Source of the DNA: Planctomycetota bacterium
GTDB taxonomy: Bacteria; Planctomycetota; SZUA-567; H5-PLA8
Assembly: GCA_038227875.1 (NCBI GenBank)
Contig: JBBRPR010000003.1
Location: forward strand, 96,001 to 160,000
DNA length: 64,000 bases
Direction of reading: 5' to 3'
The position numbers were made by a program, and so were the translations under genes. The notes under the pieces were generated by a model. That model was not told where the DNA came from. It was given only the letters and a program-made list of their open reading frames with translations, and did not search any database. The stretch's first letter is position 1. Every line of letters starts with the position of its first letter. Positions 62,742 to 64,000 of the stretch are shown one piece after another.

Positions 62742-63198
62742 GGTTCCGCTGTGCCTTTCTACCAACCTATCGCTTGAGCCCAGCCCGGAGGCTCATATTC
62801 TTTCAAACTTTTTTCAGGAGGACTATGGACAGCTCTATCCACGCGTTCACGAGTGCATCCGCGCATTCCGCGACACGCACGCGTGCGATGAGCTTCGAAG
62901 TCCTCTATAGAAGGGAGGAATCAACAGCCGTGCCAGTTGCGGAAGCAGCAACGAACAAGTGCAAACCTTTTGGTGCAAGGAGCCGATTGGAATAGAATAC
63001 AAACCGGCACATAAAACTATTGAACGCCTATAAATCAATTGAAACAGTCGTTAACATATTATAAAACCTAAAATTCATTGAGAATGCGCGGTTAAAAACA
63101 CGCACGGTCGCAAGCAACCCTGGATGTTCACGGACACTCCGTCACCGTTTGACCTTCCTTACTCCCCGCGCATCCATTAACCTGAGGCCGCAGAAGAC

Positions 63199-63849
63199 TT
63201 GAAGACGCCACTCCACCGTTACGCCCCCTCCACCACAGGTTTCGAACCTCCCCCGAATGCGCTCGACCTGCGGAAGATCATTGGACTCAAACATTGCCCG
63301 CCGCTGGAAACCGGTGAAGACGTCGCTCGCGCGTTTGCCGAGATGACCGCGCTGAAGCACGAAGTCGTCGTGTCCGGAGCGGTGGACCGCCGTTCACGGC
63401 TGGTGGGTTGGAACGTCGTCGCGGCCAGTACGCACGATCCGCATGCATTGCGCGTGGGCGACGTGTTTACGCCGGTGATGAAGACTTCGGGCGCGAGCAT
63501 TGTGCTCGTGCGCAACAGTACCACGGCGCACTTGCGAACTTCCGCGCGCGAGTTCGAATTCATCCGCAACGTTTCTGAAGCTGCGCAACTGCTGGGCTAC
63601 ACCTTGCTCGACTATATCGTGCTGTCGCGCAAAGTGTGGTGCAGCCTGCTCGAAACCCCGATGGTCGAGGCCCACGCGCCGTTACTGAATCTCCATCGCG
63701 TAGAACTGGCGAAATCCGGATCCGGCGAATGGCAGTGCCGGATGTGCCGCAAGTCCAACCGTCATGTTCAACCCACGCGTCCGGTGATCTACGGCCAATA
63801 CACCACGACCCATTGCGCCCACTGCCGTACGTTCGCGTGGCTGTACTGA
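63199..63849 (+). CDS. RadC-like JAB-domain protein with degenerate metal site and C-terminal Zn ribbon
   Basis: VGDVFTPVMKTSGASIVLVRN...EAAQLLGYTLLDYIVL; C-terminal CRMC..CAHC. Confidence 0.65.
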   Translation: MKTPLHRYAPSTTGFEPPPNALDLRKIIGLKHCPPLETGEDVARAFAEMTALKHEVVVSGAVDRRSRLVGWNVVAASTHDPHALRVGDVFTPVMKTSGASIVLVRNSTTAHLRTSAREFEFIRNVSEAAQLLGYTLLDYIVLSRKVWCSLLETPMVEAHAPLLNLHRVELAKSGSGEWQCRMCRKSNRHVQPTRPVIYGQYTTTHCAHCRTFAWLY

Positions 63850-63861
63850 ATGGTGACTTTT

Positions 63862-63959
63862 GGTGCCACGGATGTGCGGATTTCTGAGCGTCGCGAAGAA
63901 ATGCGCTCTTCCATGCGATGCGCAATTCCATCGCGGAGCGTCTGCGCATCCGTGGCACC
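63862..63959. repeat. REP-like element with GGTGCCACGGATG terminal inverted repeats
   Basis: ggtgccacggatgtgcgga ... tctgcgcatccgtggcacc. Confidence 0.65.
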
Positions 63960-64000
63960 CTTCTATCGCCTGAATTTCGGTTGACCCCCACCCATAACAC

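Overview
A 64-kb, GC-rich bacterial chromosomal segment. Planctomycetota is inferred from RFSLxTLL-type membrane proteins, a prenyltransferase-repeat protein, Zn-ribbon/TM proteins and a membrane-anchored HTH protein. It mixes housekeeping genes (trmB partial, argG, murA, ispD, hisH, holA, ppk1, rnhA, proB, dnaK, parA/parB) with carbohydrate-active enzymes, SGNH hydrolases, an rtcB-prfH ribosome-repair pair, an ECF sigma/anti-sigma pair and many hypothetical genes. I found no rRNA, tRNA, CRISPR array or intact transposase. The most notable observations are: (1) an unannotated 17-aa leader ORF upstream of rtcB-prfH whose codons pair perfectly with the rtcB Shine-Dalgarno, a candidate ribosome-stalling attenuator; (2) three parS sites between divergently oriented parB and parA; (3) an NrtR-like operator before a PARG-like TIGR02452 gene; (4) a zinc-finger anti-sigma fused to a prenyltransferase-like barrel; (5) a tandem paralog triplet, one copy with an in-frame TGA; (6) a RadC-like protein lacking its metal ligands; (7) pervasive heptamer and REP/REPIN-like intergenic repeats. 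All calls come from reading the sequence; no searches were run.
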